Shown here piece after piece: positions 19,401 to 28,843 of a stretch of 64,000 nucleotides of DNA. The position numbers were made by a program, and so were the translations under genes. Each line of letters opens with the position of its first letter. The stretch's first letter is position 1. The notes under the pieces were generated by a model. It saw only the letters and a list, made by a program, of their open reading frames with translations. It did not search any database and was not told the origin of the DNA. Source of the stretch: Actinomycetota bacterium (GTDB lineage Bacteria; Actinomycetota; Acidimicrobiia; Spongiisociales; UBA5794); NCBI GenBank assembly GCA_030123765.1, contig JASJXX010000001.1, positions 21,210-85,209 of the forward strand, read 5' to 3'.

Positions 19401-20627
19401 CTATCCGCAGAGGGCCTTCACGAGAGGGTAGGGATTCACCCAGTCGCCACCGGGTGGGGCATACTCGAAGTGGAGATGCGGCAACCAGTTCGGTGAGTTC
19501 CCGCTCGAACCGTTGTAGCCAACAACGTCCCCGACGGTCACTGACGTCCCTCTAGAAATGTCGGCAGCGAGCGCTTCAAGATGTGCGTAGTAGTAGCGGC
19601 TCCCGGATACACCCGTCAGATGGATCGTGATCCCACCGAGCGTGCTGTTGGATGTGCGGGTGATCACGCCGGACTCGATGGCGACGAGCGGCGCGTTCCG
19701 CGCAGCCATCATGTCGACACCCCTGTGGCTCCGGCCGCCGGATCTCGGCGCGCCCCAGGTGTCTGAGAAGCTCGTTGCGGCATTGACCGGACACGCCCTG
19801 TCGTGAGTGATGGCCGGCGGTAGCGGAGCCTGGGTCGTGGTTGTCGTAGATGCCACCGTTGTCGTCGTCGTGTCGCCGCTGCTCATGGTGGTGGTCGTGG
19901 TGGTCGTGGTCGTGGTCGGGATGGTCGTCGGAACGGTCGTGGTCGTCGTTGTTGTCGTAGCCCGTCGCGCGGCCGCTGCCGCGGCTCTTCTTGCGGCCTC
20001 CTCGCGGCGCAGGCGCTCCTCCTCAGCCTTCAGGCGCTTCTCTTCCTCCTGTCGCTCGAACGCGACCGCCATGGCGTTGTAGGCAGCGTCAGCGCTCTCG
20101 AGTTGGGTGAGGATCTCATGAGTGAGGCCACCTATCTCCTCCACGAGCACCTCCTGGGCTCGCAAGGACTGATCCAGGTCGGCCCGGTGCGCAACGTGGA
20201 GAGCTTCGACGGATTCAAGACCCCGTAGGAGTGCAAGATCTCGCTCGTTCGCAACTTCGTAGTATCGAGCCTGGACGGGGAGGTCGGTGAATGTCCGGGC
20301 CGTGAACACTCGCTCGGTTCCCAGCGGGCCGCCGGCCATGTATCGAGCAACGACGAGCGCCTCGACCTCGGACCGCTTCGTGCCGATCTCCTGCTCAAGG
20401 CGGGATACGGACCGCGACAGCTCCAAGATCCGTTCCCTGGCCAGGGTCTCGCTCGCGACGGCCGCCTCGAAACGTGCGGTGATCTCCTCAAGGGAGGCGG
20501 AGACTCCGCGGCGCGCCGCGAGAGCCGAAGCGACGTCCTGTTCGGTGATCTCACCCGATGTCTGTGCATATACGGGCGAAGCGAACGCGACGATCAGCAC
20601 CAGGGCGGCGGCGAATCGATTACGCAT
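19401..20627 (-). CDS. Secreted M23 (LytM-type) metallopeptidase with an N-terminal coiled-coil and a poly-Thr linker
   Basis: Signal peptide, a long coiled-coil, T-rich linker, then CP...WGAPRSGGRSHRGVD...YYYAHL...HLH of the M23 domain. Paralog of 46589-47680. Confidence 0.8.
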   Translation of the reverse strand: MRNRFAAALVLIVAFASPVYAQTSGEITEQDVASALAARRGVSASLEEITARFEAAVASETLARERILELSRSVSRLEQEIGTKRSEVEALVVARYMAGGPLGTERVFTARTFTDLPVQARYYEVANERDLALLRGLESVEALHVAHRADLDQSLRAQEVLVEEIGGLTHEILTQLESADAAYNAMAVAFERQEEEKRLKAEEERLRREEAARRAAAAAARRATTTTTTTTVPTTIPTTTTTTTTTTMSSGDTTTTTVASTTTTTQAPLPPAITHDRACPVNAATSFSDTWGAPRSGGRSHRGVDMMAARNAPLVAIESGVITRTSNSTLGGITIHLTGVSGSRYYYAHLEALAADISRGTSVTVGDVVGYNGSSGNSPNWLPHLHFEYAPPGGDWVNPYPLVKALCG

Positions 20628-20634
20628 AGCTCCC

Positions 20635-21408
20635 CTAACTCAGGTGAACCTCTGTATCTTCCTCCGCCATGCCCGATGCAAACACTACCGCGCCATCGCG
20701 AGAAAGCTTGGTCAACTGCACTCCAACCTGGTGGACCGCTGCACGGCGCAGGTCTCGAGGGATCTCCGCATAGACGACATCGACCACGTCACCGATGGTT
20801 CCGGCGCCGCTTCCGACGGCGGCAACTATCTGGCGCTCGCGTTCCAGCCGGTGCTCGATGTACCCGCTGATGGCCAGACCAGCATCATCCATTGCGTCGC
20901 CGTGACCCGGCTCGATCCTCCCAACGCCGAGATCCTGCACCAGATACAGGCTCTCGAGATACGCCGTCGCGTCCTCAATGATCACGGTGGAGCCGCCCAT
21001 GATGTGATCTCCGGTGAACAGGGTGTCACCCCATCGAAAACAGAGGTGGTCCGGTGTGTGGCCGGGTGTGTGGACCGCGAGTATCTCGCTGTCACCAAAC
21101 GAGACCTCGGCTCCGTCTGAGAGGGTGCAATCGGGGACGAAGTCGGGACCCGGCCCGTACCCGTACACCGGCACGTTGAGCGTCCCGGCGAGAGAGTTCG
21201 CGAGAGGGGCGTGGTCGGGATGGGTGTGTGTCACAACCACGCCGACAGCCGTCCGCTCTCCGATCGCTGCCACGATCGCTGCGGCGTGCACCTCGATGAT
21301 CGGTCCAGGGTCGAGGACCAGCACCTCTGATTCACTCGCGAGCAGATACGTGTTCGTGCCCGGGCCCGTGTACAAGCCTGGATTCGGGGCGAGGATGCGC
21401 TCGATCAT
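20635..21408 (-). CDS. MBL-fold metallo-hydrolase
   Basis: THTHPDH motif; 257 aa. Confidence 0.75.
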   Translation of the reverse strand: MIERILAPNPGLYTGPGTNTYLLASESEVLVLDPGPIIEVHAAAIVAAIGERTAVGVVVTHTHPDHAPLANSLAGTLNVPVYGYGPGPDFVPDCTLSDGAEVSFGDSEILAVHTPGHTPDHLCFRWGDTLFTGDHIMGGSTVIIEDATAYLESLYLVQDLGVGRIEPGHGDAMDDAGLAISGYIEHRLERERQIVAAVGSGAGTIGDVVDVVYAEIPRDLRRAAVHQVGVQLTKLSRDGAVVFASGMAEEDTEVHLS

Positions 21409-22181
21409 GGCCGGTATCTCATCTCTGCGGGGACACGCCCACCCTCCGCAACGACGGCGGAGAGACGCTGGAGGAGCGTCGGGTCATGCTGATCGGGGCC
21501 TGCCTCCTCGAAGCCTTCGTCCTCAGGCAGGAGGATCCTCGCCTCACCATCACCCACGAACAGGCGCGGCTGGATCGGCGGCACGATGTCAAGGAGTCGA
21601 AGCCGATCCGCAAGGGCGCCGGTGGTTGGCTCTGACGCCAGGAGATGCAACGTCTTCTTCGTGGGGAACGGCAGAACCCAGTCACCTACATCCTCCTTGT
21701 GCAACGCGTCGATCGGCGCGACCCATGCAAGATCGATGAGCTCGTCACCGTCCACGATCGGCTCCGCATCGGAGCCGACGACGACCAGGAAGAACCGCGT
21801 GTCGAACCGGATAGGGAACACCTCGGGAGTGACCCAGTTCGAGAAATACAGGAGCGAGTCCTGATCGAGCGTGTATTCGGATGCTTCGACCGCGTCGAAC
21901 GCATCTTCGGCGAGGGGCGCGGACACAGTTCCGTCAACGGTGAGCCAGAGACCGGTCTCCTCGATGAGCTCTCGCAACGCCGCGACCCTCCACTCGGAAT
22001 CTGCTCTGTTCCCGCCGAAGGACGGCGGAGCTTGGGCGTCCTCCTCATCCACAGCGCCCCCGGGAAAGACCCAGACACCGGGCATGAATCGAGCAGTCAG
22101 AGCCCTCCGGACCATCAACACCTCAATGCCAGCGCTCTCCCTCACGACACACACTGTTGAAGCACGCCGCAGGGAGGGCAT
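21405..22181 (-). CDS. NUDIX hydrolase
   Basis: NUDIX box GGAVDEEDAQ...REL.EETGL. ATG at 22181 overlaps the fxsA stop (TGATG). The 500-aa ORF in the track is a spurious 5' extension across fxsA. Confidence 0.7.
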   Translation of the reverse strand: MPSLRRASTVCVVRESAGIEVLMVRRALTARFMPGVWVFPGGAVDEEDAQAPPSFGGNRADSEWRVAALRELIEETGLWLTVDGTVSAPLAEDAFDAVEASEYTLDQDSLLYFSNWVTPEVFPIRFDTRFFLVVVGSDAEPIVDGDELIDLAWVAPIDALHKEDVGDWVLPFPTKKTLHLLASEPTTGALADRLRLLDIVPPIQPRLFVGDGEARILLPEDEGFEEAGPDQHDPTLLQRLSAVVAEGGRVPAEMRYRP

Positions 22182-22558
22182 CAGATGATCACGCCTCGCG
22201 AGTGACGGCGGTTGAGATACCCGACTCTGATCGCCTCGCGGACGCCGGGTACGAGCAACGCGAACCCAACCAGATCCGTAAGGAATCCCGGGGTGAGGAG
22301 CAGCGCTCCCGCAACAAGGATCATTGCCCCGTGGACGACGGACGCCGTCGGGATCTGCCCCTGGCTCACCTTGGTTCTGATGCTCTCCAGCACGAACCTG
22401 CCCTGCTTCGCGACGAAGGAGGATCCCAGAGCAGCGGTAACGACGACGATCACGATCGTAGGGCCGATGCCGATCCAGTTGCCCACGTAGAAGAACAGCA
22501 CGATCTCGACGATCGGCACAACAACGAAAGCCACGAACAGCCAGCTTCGCACCCGCAT
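22181..22558 (-). CDS. fxsA: FxsA-family inner-membrane protein
   Basis: LFVAFVVVPIVEIVLFFYVG...LLLTPGFLTDLVGFALLVP matches FxsA motifs. Start is uncertain. Confidence 0.6.
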   Translation of the reverse strand: MRVRSWLFVAFVVVPIVEIVLFFYVGNWIGIGPTIVIVVVTAALGSSFVAKQGRFVLESIRTKVSQGQIPTASVVHGAMILVAGALLLTPGFLTDLVGFALLVPGVREAIRVGYLNRRHSRGVII

Positions 22559-22643
22559 GACAGGAACGTAGTACGCATCGCGTACCACGGGGTACAAGAC
22601 GCTTCGGTCCAGCGAAGGGCTGCGGGTGTTTATCCTGCTCCGA

Positions 22644-23987
22644 ATGGACCTGCGTGATCTGCCCTCCGTAACGACCCTCGCCGACGACATCGCGAGAGGA
22701 TCCACTCTCCCTCGACCTGTCATCACCCAGGTGTGCCAGGAAGCGATCGACCAGACGCGCGAAGCGATTCAATCCGGCAGGGATGCCGATGCCGGAGCTC
22801 TGGCGGCCGCAGCACTCGCCGACATCGAGGCAGCACGTCCGCGCTCGGTTATCAACGCAACGGGTGTGCTCCTCCATACGAACCTCGGCAGGGCCCGTGT
22901 GAGCCACTCCGTCGCCGCCGCGTCCTCGACGATCCAGTCAGCGGCGAGCAACGTCGAGATCGACCTACGCACCGGCCGAAGATCTAGCCGCTCCACGTAT
23001 CTGCGAGTCCTGCTCCCTGTCGTCACCGGGTCCGAGGACGGATTCGCGGTGAACAACAACGCCGGTGCTCTATTGCTCGCGCTCGCTTCCATCCCCGGTC
23101 AAGCCAGACAAGTAGCAGTATCACGAGGCGAGCTCATCGAGATCGGTGGCTCTTTCCGCCTCCCCGATCTCATGGCTGCAAGTGGCGTACAACTCGTCGA
23201 AGTCGGCACTACGAATCGGACGCGCCTCTCCGACTACGCGGCGGTCGCCGCTTCGGTCGATGCGCTACTGAAGGTCCACCCCTCCAATTACCGGGTCGAG
23301 GGTTTCCAGGAGGAAGCGAGCTACGCCGATCTCGCCGAGCTCGCCCACTCCCACGGCATCCCGTTCCTCGCGGACGTGGGAAGCGGCCTCATCGACGAAG
23401 CCGCTCCGTGGCTAGCAGACTCCGACCGCCGCTGGCTGGCGGGCGAGCCGGGCGTCAAACAGACGATTGCAGATGGTGCCGACCTCGTCCTGTTCTCCGG
23501 CGACAAGCTGCTTGGTGGCCCCCAAGCAGGCATCATCGTCGGCACACACGACGCTGTTGAGCGGGCCGCGCGCCACCCGATCGCACGAGCCGTGCGGCTC
23601 GACGGCTCGCGTATCGCTGCTGTCGCGGCGACGCTCGAGAGCTACGCGCATCATCGCGTTGACAACCTCCCGTTCTGGGCGATGGCCGGCGCGAGCGTCA
23701 CCGACATCAATGAGCGGGCACACGAGGTGATCCGCGGTCTGTCTCCGGGCATACGCATCGTCGACGGGCGCTCCATCCCCGGTGCGGGATCGGTCCCCGG
23801 CGCGACCATCCCCACGAAACTGATCGAGCTACCCGGTCCAGCGGACGGTATGTGGTCGGGGTTGGCGGCCTGCGAACCACCCGTCATCGCGAGCCGTCGC
23901 GAGGCGCACACACTTCTCGACCTGCGATCGGTGCTCCCGGATGACGACGCGAACGTCGCCGCCGCTCTCCGAAGAGTTTTGAGCTGA
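22644..23987 (+). CDS. selA: L-seryl-tRNA(Sec) selenium transferase
   Basis: DLRDLPSV...VINATGVLLHTNLGRA...SGDKLLGGPQAGIIVG...; the length and motifs are typical of SelA. Confidence 0.85.
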   Translation: MDLRDLPSVTTLADDIARGSTLPRPVITQVCQEAIDQTREAIQSGRDADAGALAAAALADIEAARPRSVINATGVLLHTNLGRARVSHSVAAASSTIQSAASNVEIDLRTGRRSSRSTYLRVLLPVVTGSEDGFAVNNNAGALLLALASIPGQARQVAVSRGELIEIGGSFRLPDLMAASGVQLVEVGTTNRTRLSDYAAVAASVDALLKVHPSNYRVEGFQEEASYADLAELAHSHGIPFLADVGSGLIDEAAPWLADSDRRWLAGEPGVKQTIADGADLVLFSGDKLLGGPQAGIIVGTHDAVERAARHPIARAVRLDGSRIAAVAATLESYAHHRVDNLPFWAMAGASVTDINERAHEVIRGLSPGIRIVDGRSIPGAGSVPGATIPTKLIELPGPADGMWSGLAACEPPVIASRREAHTLLDLRSVLPDDDANVAAALRRVLS

Positions 23988-23988
23988 C

Positions 23989-25758
23989 GTGCCGATCGTT
24001 GGCACGGCAGGTCACGTCGACCACGGCAAGTCAACGCTCGTTCAGGCACTCACGGGCCGAGACCCGGACCGGTGGGCGGAGGAGAAGGAGCGCGGCCTGA
24101 CGATCGACCTCGGTTTCGCCTGGACCGAGATCGAAGGCATCGACGTCGGGTTCGTGGATGTGCCGGGACATGAGCGCTTCATCAAGAACATGCTCGCCGG
24201 TGTCGGAGGCATCGACTGTGCCCTCCTCGTAGTTGCGGCCGACGGTGGATGGATGCCCCAGACAGAGGAGCACGCGGCGGTACTCGACCTGCTCGACACC
24301 AGGGCCGGCGTCATCGCTCTCACCCGAATCGACCTCGTCGATGACGACACGCGAGAACTCGCAGCGCTCGAGATCATGGAGGAGACCGCCGGAACGGTGC
24401 TCGCGGACTGGCCGATTGTGCCCGTGTCCCCCATCACGGGGGAGGGTCTTGATGAGTTGCGCGCGCAGCTGGCTACAGCCCTCGGCCGTCACAAGCCGCT
24501 GGTGGCCGGACCGCTGCGCATGTGGATCGACCGGTCCTTCACGATCAGCGGCGCGGGGGTCGTCGTCACGGGAACCGTCTCAGGCGGTCGGATCGCCATC
24601 GGAGACGAGGTTGCGATCCTCCCAGGAGGCCGCTCTGACCGCGTCAGGGGCCTCCACCATCACGACCATGCGGTCGATGAAGCCAGCGCGGGATCACGAA
24701 CGGCGATCAACCTCCAGTCTTCCTCGCTCACCGATGTGCCTCGTGGGACCTTGATCTGCACACCGGGGACGATCGCGGAGACCGGGCGCATCCTCACGAC
24801 CATCGAGCCGGCACGCGGCTTCGATGAAATTCCTCCACGCGGCGCCTTCCACGTCCACCTCGGAACGGCACACATTCCGGTCCAGATCAGGCAGCTTCAC
24901 GACTCCAACGCGTACATGCTCACCCTCTCAGACGTGCTCCCCGTAGCCATCGGTGATCGATTCATCCTACGCGACACCGGCCGGAGAGCAGTCGTCGGCG
25001 GCGGTCGGGTACTCGACCCACGACCCGCGGATCGAGTCTCGATGGAGACGATCGAACTTCTCGCAGGATCCCTCGACCGTCCAGTGCGCGACGTGGCGGA
25101 TGCCCTCCTCACCGTGCGCGGGATCACCCGCGCAGACGACCTGGCAGAGGCGGCAGGGGGAGTGGCTCCGTCCTGCGGAACGCGCGCGGGACCACTCATC
25201 ATCTCCGAAGCAGCGATCGCCGACATCGCTCTGCGCATTACCGACATCGTCGGGAGATATCACGACGCGCATCCGCTTCGCCCAGGAATGGCAAAGCCAG
25301 AAGTCGCCACCCGGATCGGTTTGGACCTCGCTGTGATCGAGGCCACGGTTCGAGAGTCGGAGAGCCTTCGCGAGTCGAACGGGTCCATTCATCTCGTCGA
25401 CTTCGTCAACGCTCTGACACCCCAGCAGGAGTCAACATGGGAGAGGGTACGATCCGACCTCGAAGCATCGTACGACGTACCGAGGATGGGCGTCATCGAC
25501 CTGGACTCTGAGCTGCTTCATGCGCTGGTACGGCGCGGTGACCTCATCCAGGTAGCGCCCGACCTCGTCTTCACCCAACGTCAGGTCAACAGCCTCACCC
25601 AACGTCTCGGCGAACTCCCTGAGGGCTTCACGGTCTCGCAGTTCAAGGAGGCGTTCGGCATGACCAGGCGCCAGGCGATACCCACACTCGAGTGGCTCGA
25701 CAAGTCGGGGTGGACCCGAAGGTCAGGAGACGGCAGGTCCCTCAGACGACGGACGTAG
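23989..25758 (+). CDS. selB: Selenocysteine-specific elongation factor
   Basis: IVGTAGHVDHGKSTLV...DVPGHERFIKNM...; an EF-Tu-like GTPase with a long C-terminal winged-helix extension (589 aa). It is separated from the selA stop by 1 nt. Confidence 0.85.
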   Translation: MPIVGTAGHVDHGKSTLVQALTGRDPDRWAEEKERGLTIDLGFAWTEIEGIDVGFVDVPGHERFIKNMLAGVGGIDCALLVVAADGGWMPQTEEHAAVLDLLDTRAGVIALTRIDLVDDDTRELAALEIMEETAGTVLADWPIVPVSPITGEGLDELRAQLATALGRHKPLVAGPLRMWIDRSFTISGAGVVVTGTVSGGRIAIGDEVAILPGGRSDRVRGLHHHDHAVDEASAGSRTAINLQSSSLTDVPRGTLICTPGTIAETGRILTTIEPARGFDEIPPRGAFHVHLGTAHIPVQIRQLHDSNAYMLTLSDVLPVAIGDRFILRDTGRRAVVGGGRVLDPRPADRVSMETIELLAGSLDRPVRDVADALLTVRGITRADDLAEAAGGVAPSCGTRAGPLIISEAAIADIALRITDIVGRYHDAHPLRPGMAKPEVATRIGLDLAVIEATVRESESLRESNGSIHLVDFVNALTPQQESTWERVRSDLEASYDVPRMGVIDLDSELLHALVRRGDLIQVAPDLVFTQRQVNSLTQRLGELPEGFTVSQFKEAFGMTRRQAIPTLEWLDKSGWTRRSGDGRSLRRRT

Positions 25759-25996
25759 CGAGCACACGCCGACGCTCTGTCTCGGTGAGCCCACCCCAGA
25801 TTCCGTATGGCTCCCTGATCTGGAGCGCGTACCTACGGCACTCGATGGCGACCGGACAGACCTGACACACGGCTTTCGCCCTCACCTCGCGGCGCTGCCT
25901 CTCGTCCTTGCGTTCCTGAACACTCGGCGCGAAGAAGAGATGGGAGTGGTTGCCGCTGCACAGAGCAACGGGCTGCCAGGAACGATCTGGGGACAT
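25742..25996 (-). CDS. whiB: WhiB-family transcription factor
   Basis: Four Cys (C...CQVCPVAIEC) plus the GIWGGLTETERRR motif. It overlaps the selB 3' end by 17 nt in convergent orientation. Confidence 0.75.
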   Translation of the reverse strand: MSPDRSWQPVALCSGNHSHLFFAPSVQERKDERQRREVRAKAVCQVCPVAIECRRYALQIREPYGIWGGLTETERRRVLATSVV

Positions 25997-26109
25997 CAGG
26001 AAATGCCTTTCATCTGTTCTGTGGTTGTCACGGGCGACCAGCACAATCGCATGAAGACCAAACATAACCACAGAAACCCAGATCCGCCAGGGAAACTCTG
26101 AAACGTCGA

Positions 26110-27420
26110 TCAGCTTTCTTCGCGACCTGCCGTCACAACCGGATCGACCTCAAGGACGAGCCCCGTAACTCCGACAACTGCCACCGCCGCACCCGGCATG
26201 ATCTGAACACCCCGATCCGCCGTTGCACGCCATCGGGCACCGTCGACGAGTACGACTCCTTCTGGATCAAGGAGCGAGACCGCGAGGCATCGCTTACCGA
26301 TCAGTTCCTCTCGCCCGACCGTCGGGGTAGCGAACCTGCCTCGCACCACCGTCGTCAGCGAGTACCAGATTAAGATGACGGACGCCCCCGCGGCGAGAAG
26401 CACCATCCATCCCCGTGGCGGGTACGCGGGCCGGCTCGTTGTAAACGTGAAACCTGCGACGAGCACAAGGAACGTGCCGAGAATCGCCCGCCAATCGACC
26501 CGGTTCTGGGCGAAGCCCCAGACGAGAATCCCGATGCCTGCGAAGGTGAGGGCGATGGCCGGCCACCAGATCGGGAGCGTGGCAAGACCGTACCCCGACA
26601 GCACGAGTGCGAGTGCGGCAACGCTGGCCATGAGACCCCTGCCCGCGGCATAGAACTCGAACACGGCGAACGCCAGGCCGAGGACCAGGAAGAGAAACGC
26701 TGTCTCTGGGCGGGCGCCGAGACGCAGGAACTGGTCAAGGAGCCCCGGCTCGATGAACTTGATAGTGCGAGTCGACACGATGAAGTCCTCTCCATCCACG
26801 GTCTCGATGCGTGCCGTGGAGAGTTCCCACGTCTCGTTGCCGCGGTGAACGACGCTTCCGTCGAGCGACAGGATGAGTTGGCCGAGAGCTGGATCCATCC
26901 TGTCTACGAATCCGGGAATCGTAGGGTCATCGACCGTGACCGTTGTGAACCTGTGAGCGAGGATCTCCACTCCCCCAAGGAGGGCCTCACGACCATCCCC
27001 TGATCGTACGGGGGGGGCGTTCCCTCCCCCGCGCTGAACCACGGGATCGAGATATCCGACCCGTGACCCAGGTGCTGCCGAGCGGATGTCCGCGTGGTTG
27101 GCCAGATAGGCGGCGCCACCGAAGGCAACGGCCCGGTGGGGACCGATCCAGGAGACAACAGGTGCAGAAGCCTCGAGAACCGCCTGGTACAGCGTTGCGA
27201 TGCTGCCGGAGGAGACACCGGGGCTGTCAATCATGAGAATGTAGAAGTGGGCCTTCTCGGTGCGAATTGTGTCGACCACGTAGTCGATCAATCGCTGATC
27301 CATCGGATCGCCAACCTCGATGACGACGATCGGGTCATCCTCCGTCCCGGCGAACGCCAGAGTGGGAGCGGCGAGCAGCGCGCAGAGAGGGAGAAGGAGA
27401 AGAATCAGGCGGAGGCGCAT
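26110..27420 (-). CDS. NfeD-family membrane-bound ClpP-class serine protease (long form, 436 aa)
   Basis: Signal peptide, ClpP-like N-terminal domain, multi-TM middle region and a C-terminal OB-fold. Confidence 0.7.
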   Translation of the reverse strand: MRLRLILLLLPLCALLAAPTLAFAGTEDDPIVVIEVGDPMDQRLIDYVVDTIRTEKAHFYILMIDSPGVSSGSIATLYQAVLEASAPVVSWIGPHRAVAFGGAAYLANHADIRSAAPGSRVGYLDPVVQRGGGNAPPVRSGDGREALLGGVEILAHRFTTVTVDDPTIPGFVDRMDPALGQLILSLDGSVVHRGNETWELSTARIETVDGEDFIVSTRTIKFIEPGLLDQFLRLGARPETAFLFLVLGLAFAVFEFYAAGRGLMASVAALALVLSGYGLATLPIWWPAIALTFAGIGILVWGFAQNRVDWRAILGTFLVLVAGFTFTTSRPAYPPRGWMVLLAAGASVILIWYSLTTVVRGRFATPTVGREELIGKRCLAVSLLDPEGVVLVDGARWRATADRGVQIMPGAAVAVVGVTGLVLEVDPVVTAGREES

Positions 27421-27509
27421 CCCGAGAGGGTACCAACTCGCCGCACGCCAGATGGCACGTCACCGGTCTCGCGCTGTGCGTACCCCGCACTCCGTACTAC
27501 GTTCTCCCC

Positions 27510-27878
27510 ATGCCCACAATTCTTCTCGTCACCGACAGACAGACCACCCTCGATCAAGTTCACGTCGCGCTCGCAGCGCCAGGCATAAGCGTGCTTGACC
27601 ACTCAGATTCCGATACCGCAGCGGCAACTGCCTACGCCGAGGGCGTCGACGCCGTAGTCGTCGACATGCACGTCGGTTCGATGGGGGGTATGGCCGTGAC
27701 GAGGGCGGTGCGCGCCGAAGCGGCGCACGGTGAGCCTGGAATTCCTGTGACCATCCTCCTGGACCGCGCTGCCGACGCGTTCCTGGCCCGCAGAGCCGGT
27801 GCAGCACACTGGGTGCTCAAAGGCTCTCCAGCCTCGGAGCTGCGGGCCGCAGTGGCACATGTCGAGTCGGACACCTGA
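27510..27878 (+). CDS. Stand-alone response-regulator receiver domain (CheY-like)
   Basis: ILLVTD...[12 protein letters not shown]...; 122 aa with no output domain. Confidence 0.6.
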   Translation: MPTILLVTDRQTTLDQVHVALAAPGISVLDHSDSDTAAATAYAEGVDAVVVDMHVGSMGGMAVTRAVRAEAAHGEPGIPVTILLDRAADAFLARRAGAAHWVLKGSPASELRAAVAHVESDT

Positions 27879-27930
27879 CCGCAAGGCAGGAACCGATAGA
27901 GGAGCTATACACTCCCCGCCATCGGGACGT

Positions 27931-28007
27931 GGCGCAGCTTGGTAGCGCGCATCGTTCGGGACGATGAGGCCGTCGGTTCGAATCCGACCGTCCCGACCAA
28001 GCCCCTC
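27931..28007 (+). tRNA. tRNA-Pro (anticodon CGG)
   Basis: Folded by hand. Acceptor CGGGACG/CGTCCCG, D-stem GCGC/GCGC, anticodon stem CATCG/CGATG with loop TTCGGGA, T-arm GTCGG-TTCGAAT-CCGAC, discriminator A and an encoded CCA. Confidence 0.85.
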
Positions 28008-28032
28008 CAGTGATGGAGGGGCTTTCATCATC

Positions 28033-28815
28033 TCACGTGCCTGTGAACAACGGGGGGCGCTTCTCGATGAACGCCGAGATGCCCTCGTAAAAGTCTTGCG
28101 TGCCACCGGCGGCCATGATCGCCTCACCCTCGGCCACCATCTGCCCGAACGGGTCCGCGGGGAGAGCGGAACGAATCAGCTCGCGTGCCTGGACGTACGC
28201 GAGCGTCGGACCGGCGGCCAGCTTCTTTGCAAGCATCATCACCTCTTCTTCAAGCTGTTCATCGGCAACGACCCGGTTGACGAGCCCGAGGGTGAGTGCC
28301 TCGTGCGAGCTCACGCGACGATTCGTGAGAATCATCTCCATTGCCACGCGTGTGCCCACGAGTCGCGGGAGGAAGTAAGTGCTTGAAGCATCTGGAGAGA
28401 CGCCGATCCCCGTGTATGCCATGGTGAAGAAGGCAGATTCGGCGGCGACAGCGAGATCCGTCGCCATCGCCAGACCCATGCCTGCACCTGCTACGACGCC
28501 GTTGATCGCCGCAATCGTTGGGAACGGGGCGTCGAGCAGCCTCGTCACAGCGCCATGGAGCCCGTTGAGGACGGCCTGCATGACTTGATCCGGATCGTCT
28601 CTGTTGTCGTAGAAGGACTGCACGTCACCCCCGGCGCAGAAGCCCCTCCCCGTGCCGGTGAGTATCAGCACCCGGATCGAGTCATCTGCGGACAATTGCG
28701 CGAGCACGCCATCGAACTCGGACGCCATGTCCGCACTCAGGGCGTTCATAGATGCGGGGTCGTTCAACCGAACAGTTGCGACCCCAGCGGTGGTTGTGAC
28801 AGCGATCTGACCCAC
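28033..28815 (-). CDS. Enoyl-CoA hydratase/isomerase (crotonase fold)
   Basis: FCAGGDV and other crotonase motifs; 260 aa. Confidence 0.85.
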   Translation of the reverse strand: MGQIAVTTTAGVATVRLNDPASMNALSADMASEFDGVLAQLSADDSIRVLILTGTGRGFCAGGDVQSFYDNRDDPDQVMQAVLNGLHGAVTRLLDAPFPTIAAINGVVAGAGMGLAMATDLAVAAESAFFTMAYTGIGVSPDASSTYFLPRLVGTRVAMEMILTNRRVSSHEALTLGLVNRVVADEQLEEEVMMLAKKLAAGPTLAYVQARELIRSALPADPFGQMVAEGEAIMAAGGTQDFYEGISAFIEKRPPLFTGT

Positions 28816-28843
28816 GGAAACCTCCAGATGTGTGTCATGCCTG

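Noticed and set aside
21405-22907. 500-aa ORF apparently fusing an Arg/Cys-rich N-terminus to the NUDIX domain
   Set aside because: The first 242 residues have no recognisable fold and overlap the conserved fxsA frame. The NUDIX gene starts at the ATG at 22181, coupled to the fxsA stop.
25759-26110. Search for tRNA-Sec (selC) near selAB
   Set aside because: No sequence here folds into a tRNA with an 8+5 acceptor/T arrangement or a long variable arm. The only tRNA in the window (27931-28007) folds as a canonical 7/5 tRNA with anticodon CGG, that is, tRNA-Pro.
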